Notes: generated by a model from the sequence alone, not told the origin. 64,000 nt of DNA from an uncultured Verrucomicrobiota bacterium (GCA_902495005.1 CABUVL010000005.1:21131-85130), one strand, 5' to 3'. Shown: positions 9,544-19,744, numbered from the stretch's first letter. Program-made: numbers and translations.

Positions 9544-11360
9544 GGTTGGCACCAGATCTCTTCTATGTTCCAAAGGATGTTCCCTCTGGGCGGAATTCGT
9601 AGGTTCTTCCACTTGTTTTTTATGCCCGTAAAATGATTGGCTGAATAGAGAGGGAGCCAAGGGACCTGCTTATTCATGATTTCTTGGATACGCATCCAGT
9701 AGGATTTGCGTATGCTTTGATCCAAGCACTGGGCCTGAAGATTGAGCAGCTGGTCAATCTCGTTTTCCCAGGGGGTTTGTGGATGCGATTGCTTGGGCCA
9801 CCAATAGTGGAAATTGCCACAACTCCTGAGCGCTTCCATCAAATCATTGGGATCATTTTGACCGAATCGGAAGCCTACAATCGCACTGTCATACGAGTAA
9901 CTGTGATTAATAATTTCTAGCAGTGCTTTAAAATCTAGGGTAATGACGTTAATTTCGATGCCCAATTCGGCCAAGTTGCTTTTGAGGGTTGAAATAAGCG
10001 TGTCGGTGCCGGAGGTGGACCACAAGGTGTTGAAGCGAACGGGTCGTTGCTCCGCATCGATGAGTTGTCCGTTGGCATTCCATGAGAATCCCGCTTGCCG
10101 AAGTAATTGTCTCGCCTTATCTGGCTTGTATTCGTAATGTTCCAGATGATCGTTGTACCAAAGTGAGTCGAGTCGATGAATGAAGCTGTGCCAGACTTCT
10201 CCTTCGCCCAGGTAGCTCGCTTCAACCATGCCTTGCCGGTTTAATCCGTACAAGATGGCTTGCCTAAATTGGGTGTTTTGGAACCACTTCAATTTGTGGG
10301 GTTCAACGAACGCTTGACCGCTTTTACTTTTACCGGGATTTAAATTGAACCAAAAGAACTTAAATGTAATGTCTGGACCGCGATCGTAAACCGTATAATC
10401 GTGCTTGTGCGACATTTTTTTTATCCATTGCAGATCGCTGGGGCCGATGGGGGCCGCGTCGGTTTGTCCTGAGCCAAATAAAATGGTTCTTACAGTCGAA
10501 TTGGAAACGAACTGAGTAATGTACGCATCGATATAGGGCAAACGTTGACCGAGTCGGTCGACCTTCCAATAATACGGGTTGGGCGTTAAAATGAGTCGTT
10601 CGCCTGGATGAAAATGATGAATACAAAATGGGCCCATGCCGACAATTTCCTGCGGTGTATTTATGGCAGTTTTCAAATTCCATTGGTTAAGAATGGTCCC
10701 TTGGGAGACATAGGGGTACAGTTTGTGTTTGGGTAGAATGAATACGTTGGACAAATCCTCCAGAAAAGCTGCCCAAACAATGGGTGTTTCAAATTCAATG
10801 GTCGTATCGTTAATTTTTCTATAAAGGAGCCTTCGGTTTTGATAAATAAATTTGTTGACGGCCGTATTGGGAAATCGCCAATGCTTTTCCCCTTGATCGT
10901 CTGTATATTCTGAAAACAATACGTCGAAGGTAAATAATACATCATCGATGGAAAATAGGTGTCCGTCACTCCATTGTAAATTTTGTCGCAAGTGAAATTG
11001 GTAAATTCGGTTGTCATGAATGGTGTAGCTCTTGCACAAGCCTGGAACTAATTTTTGTTGTTCGTAATTGTACTCCAGAAGACTCGCAAAGAGTAATTTT
11101 TGCGCGTTATTCGATGGGCCGTCTACTTTAACCAACGGATTAAATGTTTTAGGTTCTTGTTCCAAGGAGGTGACGAGAATGCCCCCGTATTGACCGGGTG
11201 CTTGTTGCATCCTGTAATAATCTTGAGGGATATCTTTTAAGGGGGCGTGGGATCGTGTAATAGCTTGTGTCCCGTGCGTACAAGAAAATTGGAAAAGCGT
11301 GGCAAGGGCACAGGCTAAGAAAAATCCTACAAGCAACTTCACGCTTTTTAGAAAAAACAA
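9540..11360 (-). CDS. oppA: ABC transporter substrate-binding protein, family 5 (OppA-like)
   Basis: 606 aa with an N-terminal signal sequence (LLVGFFLACALATLFQFSC) and a length and pattern typical of SBP_bac_5. TTG start as in the ORF track. Confidence 0.8.
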   Translation of the reverse strand: MFFLKSVKLLVGFFLACALATLFQFSCTHGTQAITRSHAPLKDIPQDYYRMQQAPGQYGGILVTSLEQEPKTFNPLVKVDGPSNNAQKLLFASLLEYNYEQQKLVPGLCKSYTIHDNRIYQFHLRQNLQWSDGHLFSIDDVLFTFDVLFSEYTDDQGEKHWRFPNTAVNKFIYQNRRLLYRKINDTTIEFETPIVWAAFLEDLSNVFILPKHKLYPYVSQGTILNQWNLKTAINTPQEIVGMGPFCIHHFHPGERLILTPNPYYWKVDRLGQRLPYIDAYITQFVSNSTVRTILFGSGQTDAAPIGPSDLQWIKKMSHKHDYTVYDRGPDITFKFFWFNLNPGKSKSGQAFVEPHKLKWFQNTQFRQAILYGLNRQGMVEASYLGEGEVWHSFIHRLDSLWYNDHLEHYEYKPDKARQLLRQAGFSWNANGQLIDAEQRPVRFNTLWSTSGTDTLISTLKSNLAELGIEINVITLDFKALLEIINHSYSYDSAIVGFRFGQNDPNDLMEALRSCGNFHYWWPKQSHPQTPWENEIDQLLNLQAQCLDQSIRKSYWMRIQEIMNKQVPWLPLYSANHFTGIKNKWKNLRIPPRGNILWNIEEIWCQP

Positions 11361-11463
11361 AGTTTCTTGATGGGCAAGCTTTTTATTCGAGTAAAAGCGG
11401 CGTGTGAAATTTTATGATTGACCAGCCATACCCGGCTTGCTAAAACCTACTTTTTAATTGTTT

Positions 11464-12714
11464 ATGAGTCGGCTTATGAAAAAAGGTGGAACACATGCGT
11501 ATTTTATTTGGGGTGTTGGCTCACTCTTCTATTTGTATGAATACTTTGTCCGTGTTGTGCCGAGTGTTATGGAGAATGAATTGGAGGGCTTCTTCGGCGC
11601 TACGGCATCTCAAGTGGCCACGGCGGTCGGTATGTATTTGATGGCGTACTCGCCGATGCAATTGATTGTGGGTGTCTTATTTGACATTTTCGGTACGCGT
11701 AAGTTGTTGGTCCCCGCAAGCTTAATCTTAAGCTTGAGCTGCTTGTTGCCATTAATTCCCAGTGATCACTTATTCTTTTTTGGCCTGGGCCGTTTTTTGA
11801 TGGGTTTTGCCTCCGCATTTGGATTTGTGGGCGTGATGTACTTGTGCACTGTTTGGTTCCCGGAAAAACGCCTTGCCTTGTTGTCGGGATTAACGACGGC
11901 GCTTGGAATGATCGGAGCCATCTTGGCCCAAATATGCTTGTCCTCACTTTATGTGCTCTTGGGTTGGCACGGTACGTGGTTGTTCGTTGTGGTGTTCGGT
12001 CTGATTGTAACCTGCCTATTGATGTTTTTTATCCCCAAGCATCCCGATTGGTTGCCTAAGCCCAAAAGTCAACATCTCTGGATGACGTGTAAAACAACCT
12101 TAGTCCAAGTGTTTAAAAGTAGGCAAACGTGGCTCATCGGTTTGTTGGCCAGTGCGTTGTTCATGCCTTTAGCGGTATTCGCAGATTTTTGGGCGATTCC
12201 TTACTTCGTTAATGTTTCTAACTTTACCCGTGGTGAGGCGGTCCAATTGACGGCTTTCCTGTACTTGGGTTGGACCATTGGCGCCCCCATTGTCGGCAAT
12301 TTATCCGATCGGTTTAAAACTCGAAAGTTGACGTTGTTGACAAGTGGACTCTTAAGCAGTCTTGTTTTCTTGTGGATTTTATTATTACCGGAAGCGCGCT
12401 TTTCAAGCATTGCCTGTTCGTTGTTTTTGTTGGGCTTATGTTCTGGGGGACAAGTGGTTGGTTTTATCGCTTGTGTTGAATTTAATTCGCGCCAGGCCAG
12501 TGGAAGCGCAATCGCAGTTATTAACATGATTATCATGTGGTTGTGTGGCATTGTGCAAACTCTGGTCGGTTACTTGATCGATTTGTTTAAGTTGTATTGC
12601 GACGTACAAAAAACTTACCAGGTGGCTTTATTGAGTGTCGTTGGCTTTTTAATGTTGGGGACGGTATTGTACTACTATTGGGGCCGCGAGCCGAAACATG
12701 AGGATGAGGCTTAA
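11464..12714 (+). CDS. MFS transporter
   Basis: About 12 TM segments, with an MFS-like loop FDIFGTRKLLV between TM2 and TM3. ATG at 11464 (the ORF track starts at TTG 11458). Confidence 0.7.
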   Translation: MSRLMKKGGTHAYFIWGVGSLFYLYEYFVRVVPSVMENELEGFFGATASQVATAVGMYLMAYSPMQLIVGVLFDIFGTRKLLVPASLILSLSCLLPLIPSDHLFFFGLGRFLMGFASAFGFVGVMYLCTVWFPEKRLALLSGLTTALGMIGAILAQICLSSLYVLLGWHGTWLFVVVFGLIVTCLLMFFIPKHPDWLPKPKSQHLWMTCKTTLVQVFKSRQTWLIGLLASALFMPLAVFADFWAIPYFVNVSNFTRGEAVQLTAFLYLGWTIGAPIVGNLSDRFKTRKLTLLTSGLLSSLVFLWILLLPEARFSSIACSLFLLGLCSGGQVVGFIACVEFNSRQASGSAIAVINMIIMWLCGIVQTLVGYLIDLFKLYCDVQKTYQVALLSVVGFLMLGTVLYYYWGREPKHEDEA

Positions 12715-13144
12715 GCGGGGCAGTGACGGGTCTCTGTAACTCAGTCGGATGATCGCTGTGGAGGCGTGAGGGCTGGGGCTAGAAGGATCTTTCGTGTGGA
12801 AGGTTTTTCTCAGTCCTCAAAATAGCACCTTCGGCGGATCAATTGACCACAGCGTTTCAAATGGATGCTTACGCATTTTAACCGATCGTTGTTTTAACTA
12901 ATTTGCTAATTGTCGGCCCATCTGATGCGCGACAAGGCAACGTGGGTTGGCAAAAATTTATAGATCCATGGCTCGTTGTTTCCCAGCTTTGAGATCGTAA
13001 CTAAGGAGCAGCTGTCAGTTTCAAGTGCTGGCAAGTGTTTTTGTGTGCGACACGTAGCCCAACGAGGGGAATTAAACGAGCATCCGTATTTAATTAGCCT
13101 AGATGCGCCAATCTCTTTGCAGTCTTTTTGAAAACGCCTGACCC

Positions 13145-13987
13145 TTATACTCGTTGAAAGGCGTGTATAAAGTAGGAAATGCGCGATTTTAATTGGTTCC
13201 GAGGTACAATTTGGTCGATGAGGCCGTGTTCAAGTAAAAATTCTGCCGTTTGAAATCCCTTGGGCAATTCTTGTTGCGTGGTATCCTTAATGACGCGCGG
13301 GCCCGCAAAACCAATGAGAGCGCCGGGTTCCGCGATAATTAAGTCACCCAATGAAGCGAAGCTGGCCATGACGCCGGCCATGGTGGGATTGGTCAATACG
13401 GAAATGAAGGCGAGATGCTTTTGCGCCAATCTTGCCAAGGCTGCGCTTGTCTTTGCCATCTGCATGAGGCTCAAAATGCCTTCGTACATGCGTGCGCCTC
13501 CGGAAGCGGATACGATGATGACGGGACATTTTTTTTCAATGCCTCGTTCGATGCAGCGCGTAATTTTTTCTCCAACGACAGAACCCATGCTGGCGCCCAA
13601 GAAGCGGAAGTCCATAACGGCGATGGAAACCCATTGGCCATCCATTTTGCCCATGCCCGTGATGACGGCATCCACGAGCCCCGTCTTTTTCTGATAAGTT
13701 TCCAGCTTGTGTGGGTAAGATTCCAGGCCTGTGAAATTCAATGGATCTGTGGAAGTGAGCTGTGTGTCGTAGGCTTCAAACGTATTATCGTCGATCAGCA
13801 GGCGAATACGTTCGGGGGCAGATAGTGGGAAATGATACCCGCTTTTGGGAACGACCATCCAGTTTTCCTTCAAAGTCTTGTTGTACACGATTTCACCCGA
13901 GATGGGGCACTTTGTCCAAACATCTTTAGGGATGTCATTTTTTCGAACTGTTACAGTAGAATATTTTGGTTTACTAAACAAAGACAT
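13145..13987 (-). CDS. accD: Acetyl-CoA carboxylase carboxyltransferase beta subunit
   Basis: DVWTKCP...[39 protein letters not shown] and [11 protein letters not shown] motifs. Confidence 0.9.
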   Translation of the reverse strand: MSLFSKPKYSTVTVRKNDIPKDVWTKCPISGEIVYNKTLKENWMVVPKSGYHFPLSAPERIRLLIDDNTFEAYDTQLTSTDPLNFTGLESYPHKLETYQKKTGLVDAVITGMGKMDGQWVSIAVMDFRFLGASMGSVVGEKITRCIERGIEKKCPVIIVSASGGARMYEGILSLMQMAKTSAALARLAQKHLAFISVLTNPTMAGVMASFASLGDLIIAEPGALIGFAGPRVIKDTTQQELPKGFQTAEFLLEHGLIDQIVPRNQLKSRISYFIHAFQRV

Positions 13988-14004
13988 TGCATTCCTTTTT
14001 TATA

Positions 14005-14721
14005 TTACCCGTGTGCTAACGTAAAAATACTTATCTTACGAGCTCCTTGCTGCCACAGAGCTTCTGCACAGGCGTTGAGCGTTGCACCTGTCGTAAGAAC
14101 ATCGTCTACCAATACGTACTGTTCCGCCGCATTTAAACGTTTTTTCGTAAAGAACACGCCTTTTACATTCACCTTTCTCGCTTCTCGAGTCAAGCTTGTT
14201 TGTGAGCGCGTGTAATGTTTTCTGTGTAAAATTTGATGAACCTGGCCGTGGCAATGCCGGGCAAGCGTGTTGGCAATCCACGTGCTTTGATTAAAGCCGC
14301 GTTGCCAATAACGGAGGTAATGCAGGGGCACTGGAACAAAGGTGCTTTGGTTGAATGTCTGCAGTTGTGTTTTACATTGTTGGAAAATGAGGTCTAGATT
14401 GTGTTGGAGGTACCGGCCGTTATTGTACTTGAGACAGTGGATGAATTTTCTAACGACCTCATTGTAAGGGAACAGGGAAAGCCCAAAATGAAATTTTGGA
14501 GATAAGTCCAGGCAATCTTTACAGGTCAGTAGATCGTGAGATTGTGGAAGCATCGGTCGGCCGCAGTATTGACAGCATGCGGGGTGGTCTAATACAACAA
14601 AATGTTTTAAGCAGTTTGCACAGAAGAAGCCCTTCGTCCCTTTAGGAATTTTTTGATGGCAATACACGCAGAAGCGTGGGAATAGTGTATCCGATATGAG
14701 CCCTAATACTTTTTTTAGCAT
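14005..14721 (-). CDS. comF: ComF-family phosphoribosyltransferase protein
   Basis: N-terminal double CxxC zinc-finger region (CVYCHQ...CANC, CQYCGRP...CKDC) and a C-terminal PRTase motif YVLVDDVLTTGATL. Confidence 0.8.
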   Translation of the reverse strand: MLKKVLGLISDTLFPRFCVYCHQKIPKGTKGFFCANCLKHFVVLDHPACCQYCGRPMLPQSHDLLTCKDCLDLSPKFHFGLSLFPYNEVVRKFIHCLKYNNGRYLQHNLDLIFQQCKTQLQTFNQSTFVPVPLHYLRYWQRGFNQSTWIANTLARHCHGQVHQILHRKHYTRSQTSLTREARKVNVKGVFFTKKRLNAAEQYVLVDDVLTTGATLNACAEALWQQGARKISIFTLAHG

Positions 14722-14724
14722 GTG

Positions 14725-16446
14725 CTAACGCAAATGTAATTGCAGAGGGATCGCGAGTTTTTCAATGCGTTTGTTTTCCGCTTCCATTTGCACATCCCCT
14801 TGCCAACGTCGTAAGTCAATTGCCGTTACGTAAAACATGAGTCCCAAGAATAAGATGACGAAAATCATCTGTACGGAGTTAAGTAATGTGGCGGGTAATG
14901 GTCGACGCATCAATTTCTCGATGCATGCGAATAAGATGTGACCTCCATCTAAGACGGGAATGGGCAGTAGGTTTAAAATGGCGAGATTGACGTTCAATAG
15001 GACGATGAACCACAATAAACGGCGAAAATCATCAATGGAAAACCTGTGTAGGAGTCGCATGATACCGGGGGCGCCCATTAAATGCTGAACCTTAATGTCC
15101 GAGTTTTTATTCAGGAGCCTCGATAGGGTTTCAACGGTAGATTGAAAGGATTGTGCCATGTGTTGCCAGGGGGCCAGGTGAGTGAGCACCATCTTTTGTT
15201 GAAAGAAGATTCCCAGACGGTAGGTGTATTGCATGGGGTGAAGTTCCATTCCATCCACTGTGGGCAAAGAGATAAGCCGTGATTGGCGGTCCTGTTCGAC
15301 TTCGAACATGAGGTTTTTGTCGCGGAAGGAATCCAATGTGGCGTACAAATCTTGTAAGTTATGAACGCTAACGCCGTTGCACGATTTGATGATCGCATCT
15401 TCCGCAAACGGTCCGAAAGAACTGCCGTGCGCCAAGAGAATTTTGACGCTTTTGGACGTTTCGTCAAAATAGAATTCCAAGCTGTCTTTCTTCAGTGTAA
15501 TTTGCAGCCATTCTTTTTGTTGTGGGACTCTTGAAGGCTCACAGCTTAATTGAAGTAGATTGTTGCCGCGTTGAATGCTGAGAGTGACGAGACTGGGCTC
15601 TTTATCGTTTAGGTAACTGCGTAAGCCCAAAAATGAATGGAGCGCTTGCCCGTCGATGGCCTTAAGGATGTCACCGGCCTGCAAGCCAATTTTTTCGGCA
15701 GATGATCCCACTTCGACCTGTTGCACCACCAGTGATTGTTGTGGGGCCATGATGCCACTAAAACGAATGAAATCTTTAGTTAGTGGGTTCGTTTGAATTT
15801 TGAGCGGGTGTAGAATTGCGGTGTGAATTTGCTGATTTCTTTCGAACGTAACTTTTGCTTGCGCCCGTCCTTGTTCATCACGATGTGTGCCAAGGATGAT
15901 GTATTTTTCTATGTCCGAAAAGTTGTTAATTTTTTGATCGTCAATGCTAATAATCTTGTCGCCAATTTGCAAGCCTGCCTGAAGGGCGGGGCTGGGTAAA
16001 GTTTGTCCATTTTCCGTCCATTGGGGGATGATGTAACCAATTTCGTTGCTTTTATCTTGTTCGGGGACAGATAAGCCTACCATCCAAAGAATGGTGGCGA
16101 TAATGAAAGCGAATAAGAGGTTGAACATGGCCCCCATGATGGCCACGAGAAATTTATCCGTAAAGCTGAGCCTTTGAGTCGGAGTCGTTTGGGTTCCTTC
16201 CAGGATGGGCGTTTCTCCCATTTGTGGCAATGCAACGTAGCCCCCCAGAGGAAACAGCGAGATGCAATATTCTGTTTCACCGCGTTTCCAGGAAAAGAGC
16301 TTGGGCCCGAAGCCGATTGAAAATTTTGGCACGTACAGTTTGCGTTTTTTTGCGATAAGGAAGTGGCCGAGCTCGTGGACGAAAATAGATCCGCCAAAAA
16401 ATGCGAGCATCCAAAATATGGCCCATAGGTTTAAGAATATTGACAT
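14725..16446 (-). CDS. rseP: RIP site-2 zinc metalloprotease RseP
   Basis: HELGH motif at the N-terminus (VHELGHFLIAKK), central PDZ-like repeats (GLQIGDKIISIDD, GLQAGDILKAIDG), and a C-terminal NLLPIPVLDGGH motif. Confidence 0.9.
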   Translation of the reverse strand: MSIFLNLWAIFWMLAFFGGSIFVHELGHFLIAKKRKLYVPKFSIGFGPKLFSWKRGETEYCISLFPLGGYVALPQMGETPILEGTQTTPTQRLSFTDKFLVAIMGAMFNLLFAFIIATILWMVGLSVPEQDKSNEIGYIIPQWTENGQTLPSPALQAGLQIGDKIISIDDQKINNFSDIEKYIILGTHRDEQGRAQAKVTFERNQQIHTAILHPLKIQTNPLTKDFIRFSGIMAPQQSLVVQQVEVGSSAEKIGLQAGDILKAIDGQALHSFLGLRSYLNDKEPSLVTLSIQRGNNLLQLSCEPSRVPQQKEWLQITLKKDSLEFYFDETSKSVKILLAHGSSFGPFAEDAIIKSCNGVSVHNLQDLYATLDSFRDKNLMFEVEQDRQSRLISLPTVDGMELHPMQYTYRLGIFFQQKMVLTHLAPWQHMAQSFQSTVETLSRLLNKNSDIKVQHLMGAPGIMRLLHRFSIDDFRRLLWFIVLLNVNLAILNLLPIPVLDGGHILFACIEKLMRRPLPATLLNSVQMIFVILFLGLMFYVTAIDLRRWQGDVQMEAENKRIEKLAIPLQLHLR

Positions 16447-16576
16447 AGCTTACCTTGCAATGGAAGCACGAATAAAAGATTTTGCAATTAAATTATTAGC
16501 ATGAATGTATAAAAATACTTGCAAATAAACGTTGAGTGTTTTTAGTGAGTTTAGTTTCATAATTGTACGAAGACTT

Positions 16577-17692
16577 ATGCAAATTTTTGTTCCAAAAGAA
16601 ATTCAAGAAGAAACGCGTGTTGCGATTACACCTGATACGGTTAAGAAGTTTAATTCATTGGGAATTCAGGTTAATGTTGAGTCTGGAATTGGGCAGTTGA
16701 GCTTGTCTACGGATGAAGCGTACAGAGAGGCCGGTGCGAATATTGTTGCAGGCGATCAATGCACCCGTCAATTGCAGGAGGCGGATTGTGTCCTACACGT
16801 ATTGCCCCTCGCTTGTGAACAATTATTAAACATGAAAGAAGGGGCCTGGCACGTTAGCTTTTTTGATGCTTTTAGGTACCCGCAATTGGTGGAATGTTTT
16901 CAACAACGTAAGTTAAATGTGGTGAGCTTGGAGCGTATTCCTCGGATCTCGTTAGCACAAAAGATGGACGCCTTGAGTTCACAGTCGAGTTTGGCCGGCT
17001 ATGTGGGTGTCCTTCAGGGAATTCAACATCTGGCTTACGTTTTGCCAATGATGGTGACCCCCGCTGGAACTTTGCAATCAGCCCGTGTTTTTGTCATTGG
17101 CGCGGGTGTCGCGGGCTTGCAGGCAATTGCGACCGCCAGACGTTTGGGCGCGCGTGTGGAGGCATTTGACACGCGTCCCGAGGTGGAAGAACAGGTCAAT
17201 TCTTTGGGAGCAAAGTTCGTAAAGATCAACTTGGGGGCAACGGGAAGTACGGCCCAAGGGTACGCAAAGGCTTTGACGGAAGAGCAATTGGCGCTACAAC
17301 GTCAGCTGATGGCCAAGACCTGTGCGAAGTCTGACATCGTTATTACGACAGCCAAGGTGTTCGGCCGTAAGGCGCCTCTTATCATTAATAATGAAATCAT
17401 TCGTCAAATGCGTCCGGGCAGTGTGATAGTCGATTTGGCGGTTGAAGCGGGAGGCAATACGGAAGGCTTGATCCCAGGTAAGAATTTTGTCTCCGATGGT
17501 GGAGTATGGATCTTGGGCGAAGGTTATTGGGAACGTAAGGTGGCACGCTCATCCAGTCAAATGTTGTCGTCGAACCTTTACGCTTTCATTGAGCATTTTT
17601 GGTCAAAAGAATTGAATGCTTTGCAATGTGATTTAGAATCGAGTATCTTGAAAAGTTGTCTGTACGCCCAAGCGGGTACGGTGCGATTTTAA
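16577..17692 (+). CDS. pntA: NAD(P) transhydrogenase alpha part 1 (dI domain, PntAA/alanine dehydrogenase fold)
   Basis: MQIFVPKEIQEETRVAITPDTVKK..., MDALSSQSSLAGY and a Rossmann motif VFVIGAGVAGLQAIATARRLGA. No membrane segments. ATG at 16577. Confidence 0.8.
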   Translation: MQIFVPKEIQEETRVAITPDTVKKFNSLGIQVNVESGIGQLSLSTDEAYREAGANIVAGDQCTRQLQEADCVLHVLPLACEQLLNMKEGAWHVSFFDAFRYPQLVECFQQRKLNVVSLERIPRISLAQKMDALSSQSSLAGYVGVLQGIQHLAYVLPMMVTPAGTLQSARVFVIGAGVAGLQAIATARRLGARVEAFDTRPEVEEQVNSLGAKFVKINLGATGSTAQGYAKALTEEQLALQRQLMAKTCAKSDIVITTAKVFGRKAPLIINNEIIRQMRPGSVIVDLAVEAGGNTEGLIPGKNFVSDGGVWILGEGYWERKVARSSSQMLSSNLYAFIEHFWSKELNALQCDLESSILKSCLYAQAGTVRF

Positions 17693-17697
17693 CTTTC

Positions 17698-19035
17698 ATG
17701 GATGATTGCCAAGCAAATTTGTTTGAGCCCACGTACGAGGGGGTGCGTAAGCCGTTGGCGGAACGAATGCGGCCCAGCTGCTTGCAAGATATCATAGGCC
17801 AGCCTCATTTGACGTCCAACGAAAGCTCATTCAATCGTTGGTTGCTCAATGGGGGACAAGGAAATGTTTTGCTTTACGGGCCTCCTGGCTGTGGGAAAAC
17901 GAGCTTGGCGCAGGTGATGGCACAAAAATTAAATAAGTCATTACTCACCTTAAATGCAGTTTTGTCCAATGTCGGGGAGCTGAGAGAAAATTTAAAGCGC
18001 GTTGAGCGAAGCCATGGAAGTTCCATTCTGTTTATCGATGAAATCCATCGTTTTAACCGTTCCCAACAAGACGCTTTATTGCCGTTTTGTGAGACGGGGC
18101 GCGTGCAATTAATCGGAGCCACCACCCGCAATCCGGCATTTTACCTTATTCCGCCCTTGTTGAGCAGGAGCTACTTGTTCGAATTGAAGGCTCTGACGGC
18201 CGACGATGTCGCGACGGTTTTAATGCTGGCCTTAAAAGACCTCGATAAGGGGTTGGGCGCTTTAAATATTACGGCAGAACAAAGTGCGATTGCGTGCATT
18301 GCGAATGCGACCAATGGCGATTTACGGCGTGCCCTGAATTTATTGGAATACCTGTGCCTAAGTCTACCTGTGGGAAGCTCCATGGGCGTCGATTGGGTAA
18401 AGAACGAATTGGGACATTGGAGGGAATCGTACAATGCCCGCGAGTCGGATCATTACGATTGCATTTCGGCGTTTATTAAGAGTGTACGTGGAAGTGATCC
18501 AGATGCGGCCTTGTATTGGTTGGCCCGTATGATACAGGGCGGCGAGGATCCCCTGTACATTGCGCGGAGACTCATCATCTTGGCGTCGGAGGATGTGGGA
18601 TTGGCGGATTCGCGAGGTCTCAATTTGGCGACGGCGGCTTACGCGGCGTGTGAGCACATTGGCCTCCCAGAATGTGCGTTAAATTTGTCGCACGTGACTG
18701 TGTTTTTGGCCTTGGCTCCTAAAAGTAACAGCACGTATTTGGCTTGGAATGCGGCCCGTGATTTTGTGGATCATGGCAATTTACAGGAGGTACCCGATTA
18801 TTTGAAAGGAAAAGCCTTGCACGCCGAAGAGCCCTATCTTTACGCGCATGATTACAAAGTGAATGTCACGGGGCAGGCGTATTGGGATGAATCCAAGCAG
18901 TTTTATCACTTGAAGCCCATTGGCGCTGAGCAGAATTTTTTATCCTTGTACACGTATCGGCAAAACTTGAAGAAGCATTTAAGAGAACAGAGGCCTTCGA
19001 CGGATGGGGATGAGCACCCTGTGAAGGACGAATGA
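17698..19035 (+). CDS. rarA: Replication-associated recombination protein A (RarA/MgsA AAA+ ATPase)
   Basis: LAERMRP..L.DIIGQ, Walker A GPPGCGKTS, Walker B FIDEIHRFN, and a C-terminal SAFIKSVRGSDPDAALYWLARM motif. Confidence 0.9.
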   Translation: MDDCQANLFEPTYEGVRKPLAERMRPSCLQDIIGQPHLTSNESSFNRWLLNGGQGNVLLYGPPGCGKTSLAQVMAQKLNKSLLTLNAVLSNVGELRENLKRVERSHGSSILFIDEIHRFNRSQQDALLPFCETGRVQLIGATTRNPAFYLIPPLLSRSYLFELKALTADDVATVLMLALKDLDKGLGALNITAEQSAIACIANATNGDLRRALNLLEYLCLSLPVGSSMGVDWVKNELGHWRESYNARESDHYDCISAFIKSVRGSDPDAALYWLARMIQGGEDPLYIARRLIILASEDVGLADSRGLNLATAAYAACEHIGLPECALNLSHVTVFLALAPKSNSTYLAWNAARDFVDHGNLQEVPDYLKGKALHAEEPYLYAHDYKVNVTGQAYWDESKQFYHLKPIGAEQNFLSLYTYRQNLKKHLREQRPSTDGDEHPVKDE

Positions 19036-19122
19036 GGCTTTTTATTGGAGTCGGTGCCTCGTTTGTAACCGTGTGTGCTTTGGAAATAAAGTAAAATTTG
19101 AGGCCCAGCTGAGCCTTTTTTG

Positions 19123-19743
19123 CTAGATCGATGAGGAATCAGTTCGCACCATAAGGTTGTTGGCTTTTTCAACCCCTATGCGTGTGGGCAAGCCGTGTCC
19201 GGGATAGACACGCGTATGATCGGGTAATTTATACAAGGTATGTTGAATGGAGTCCTTGAGTTGATTTATATTAGCTCCGGGGAGATCCGTTCGGCCAATG
19301 GTCTTGTAAAATAAGCTGTCCCCCACAAAAACACATTGCATGGATTCAATGTACAGAGCAATTTGACCGGCGGTATGCCCAGGCGTGTGCAGCGTTTGAA
19401 TGTGCAGTGATCCACAATCGACGAAATCTTTGACGTACGTGTCGGGTGTAAATGTTTCAACAAGAGGAAACAGGCTAACTTGATTGGACCACCACATCGC
19501 ATCCGATGGATGTGCGTAAATGTGAGCATTTAATTCGCGTTGAAACTTGGCGGCATCGCTGATATGATCCCAGTGCCCGTGAGTTAAAAAAAGATGGATG
19601 TCTCGCTTGGCAACTTGATCTTTTAAGCCTTCAAAACTGCCGGGGGCCGCGTCAATGATGACACTTATATTTTCTTCGATGGAAGTTAAAACGTACACGC
19701 ACGTTTTGTAAGGTCCAAACACATGACAATCCAGGGAGAACAT
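19123..19743 (-). CDS. MBL-fold metallo-hydrolase (glyoxalase II-like)
   Basis: HxHxDH motif LTHGHWDHISD and TPGHTAGQ. Start trimmed to MFSLDCHVFG at 19743, directly after the stop of the upstream gene. Confidence 0.8.
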   Translation of the reverse strand: MFSLDCHVFGPYKTCVYVLTSIEENISVIIDAAPGSFEGLKDQVAKRDIHLFLTHGHWDHISDAAKFQRELNAHIYAHPSDAMWWSNQVSLFPLVETFTPDTYVKDFVDCGSLHIQTLHTPGHTAGQIALYIESMQCVFVGDSLFYKTIGRTDLPGANINQLKDSIQHTLYKLPDHTRVYPGHGLPTRIGVEKANNLMVRTDSSSI

Positions 19744-19744
19744 T

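Noticed and set aside
12715-13144. RNase P RNA or SRP RNA in the long convergent spacer; also checked 36100-36615, 40737-41098 and 49117-49870
   Set aside because: The conserved signature strings I know (GAGGAAAGTCC for the RNase P P4 helix, GGAAGCAGCC-type for the SRP domain IV) were not seen on either strand.
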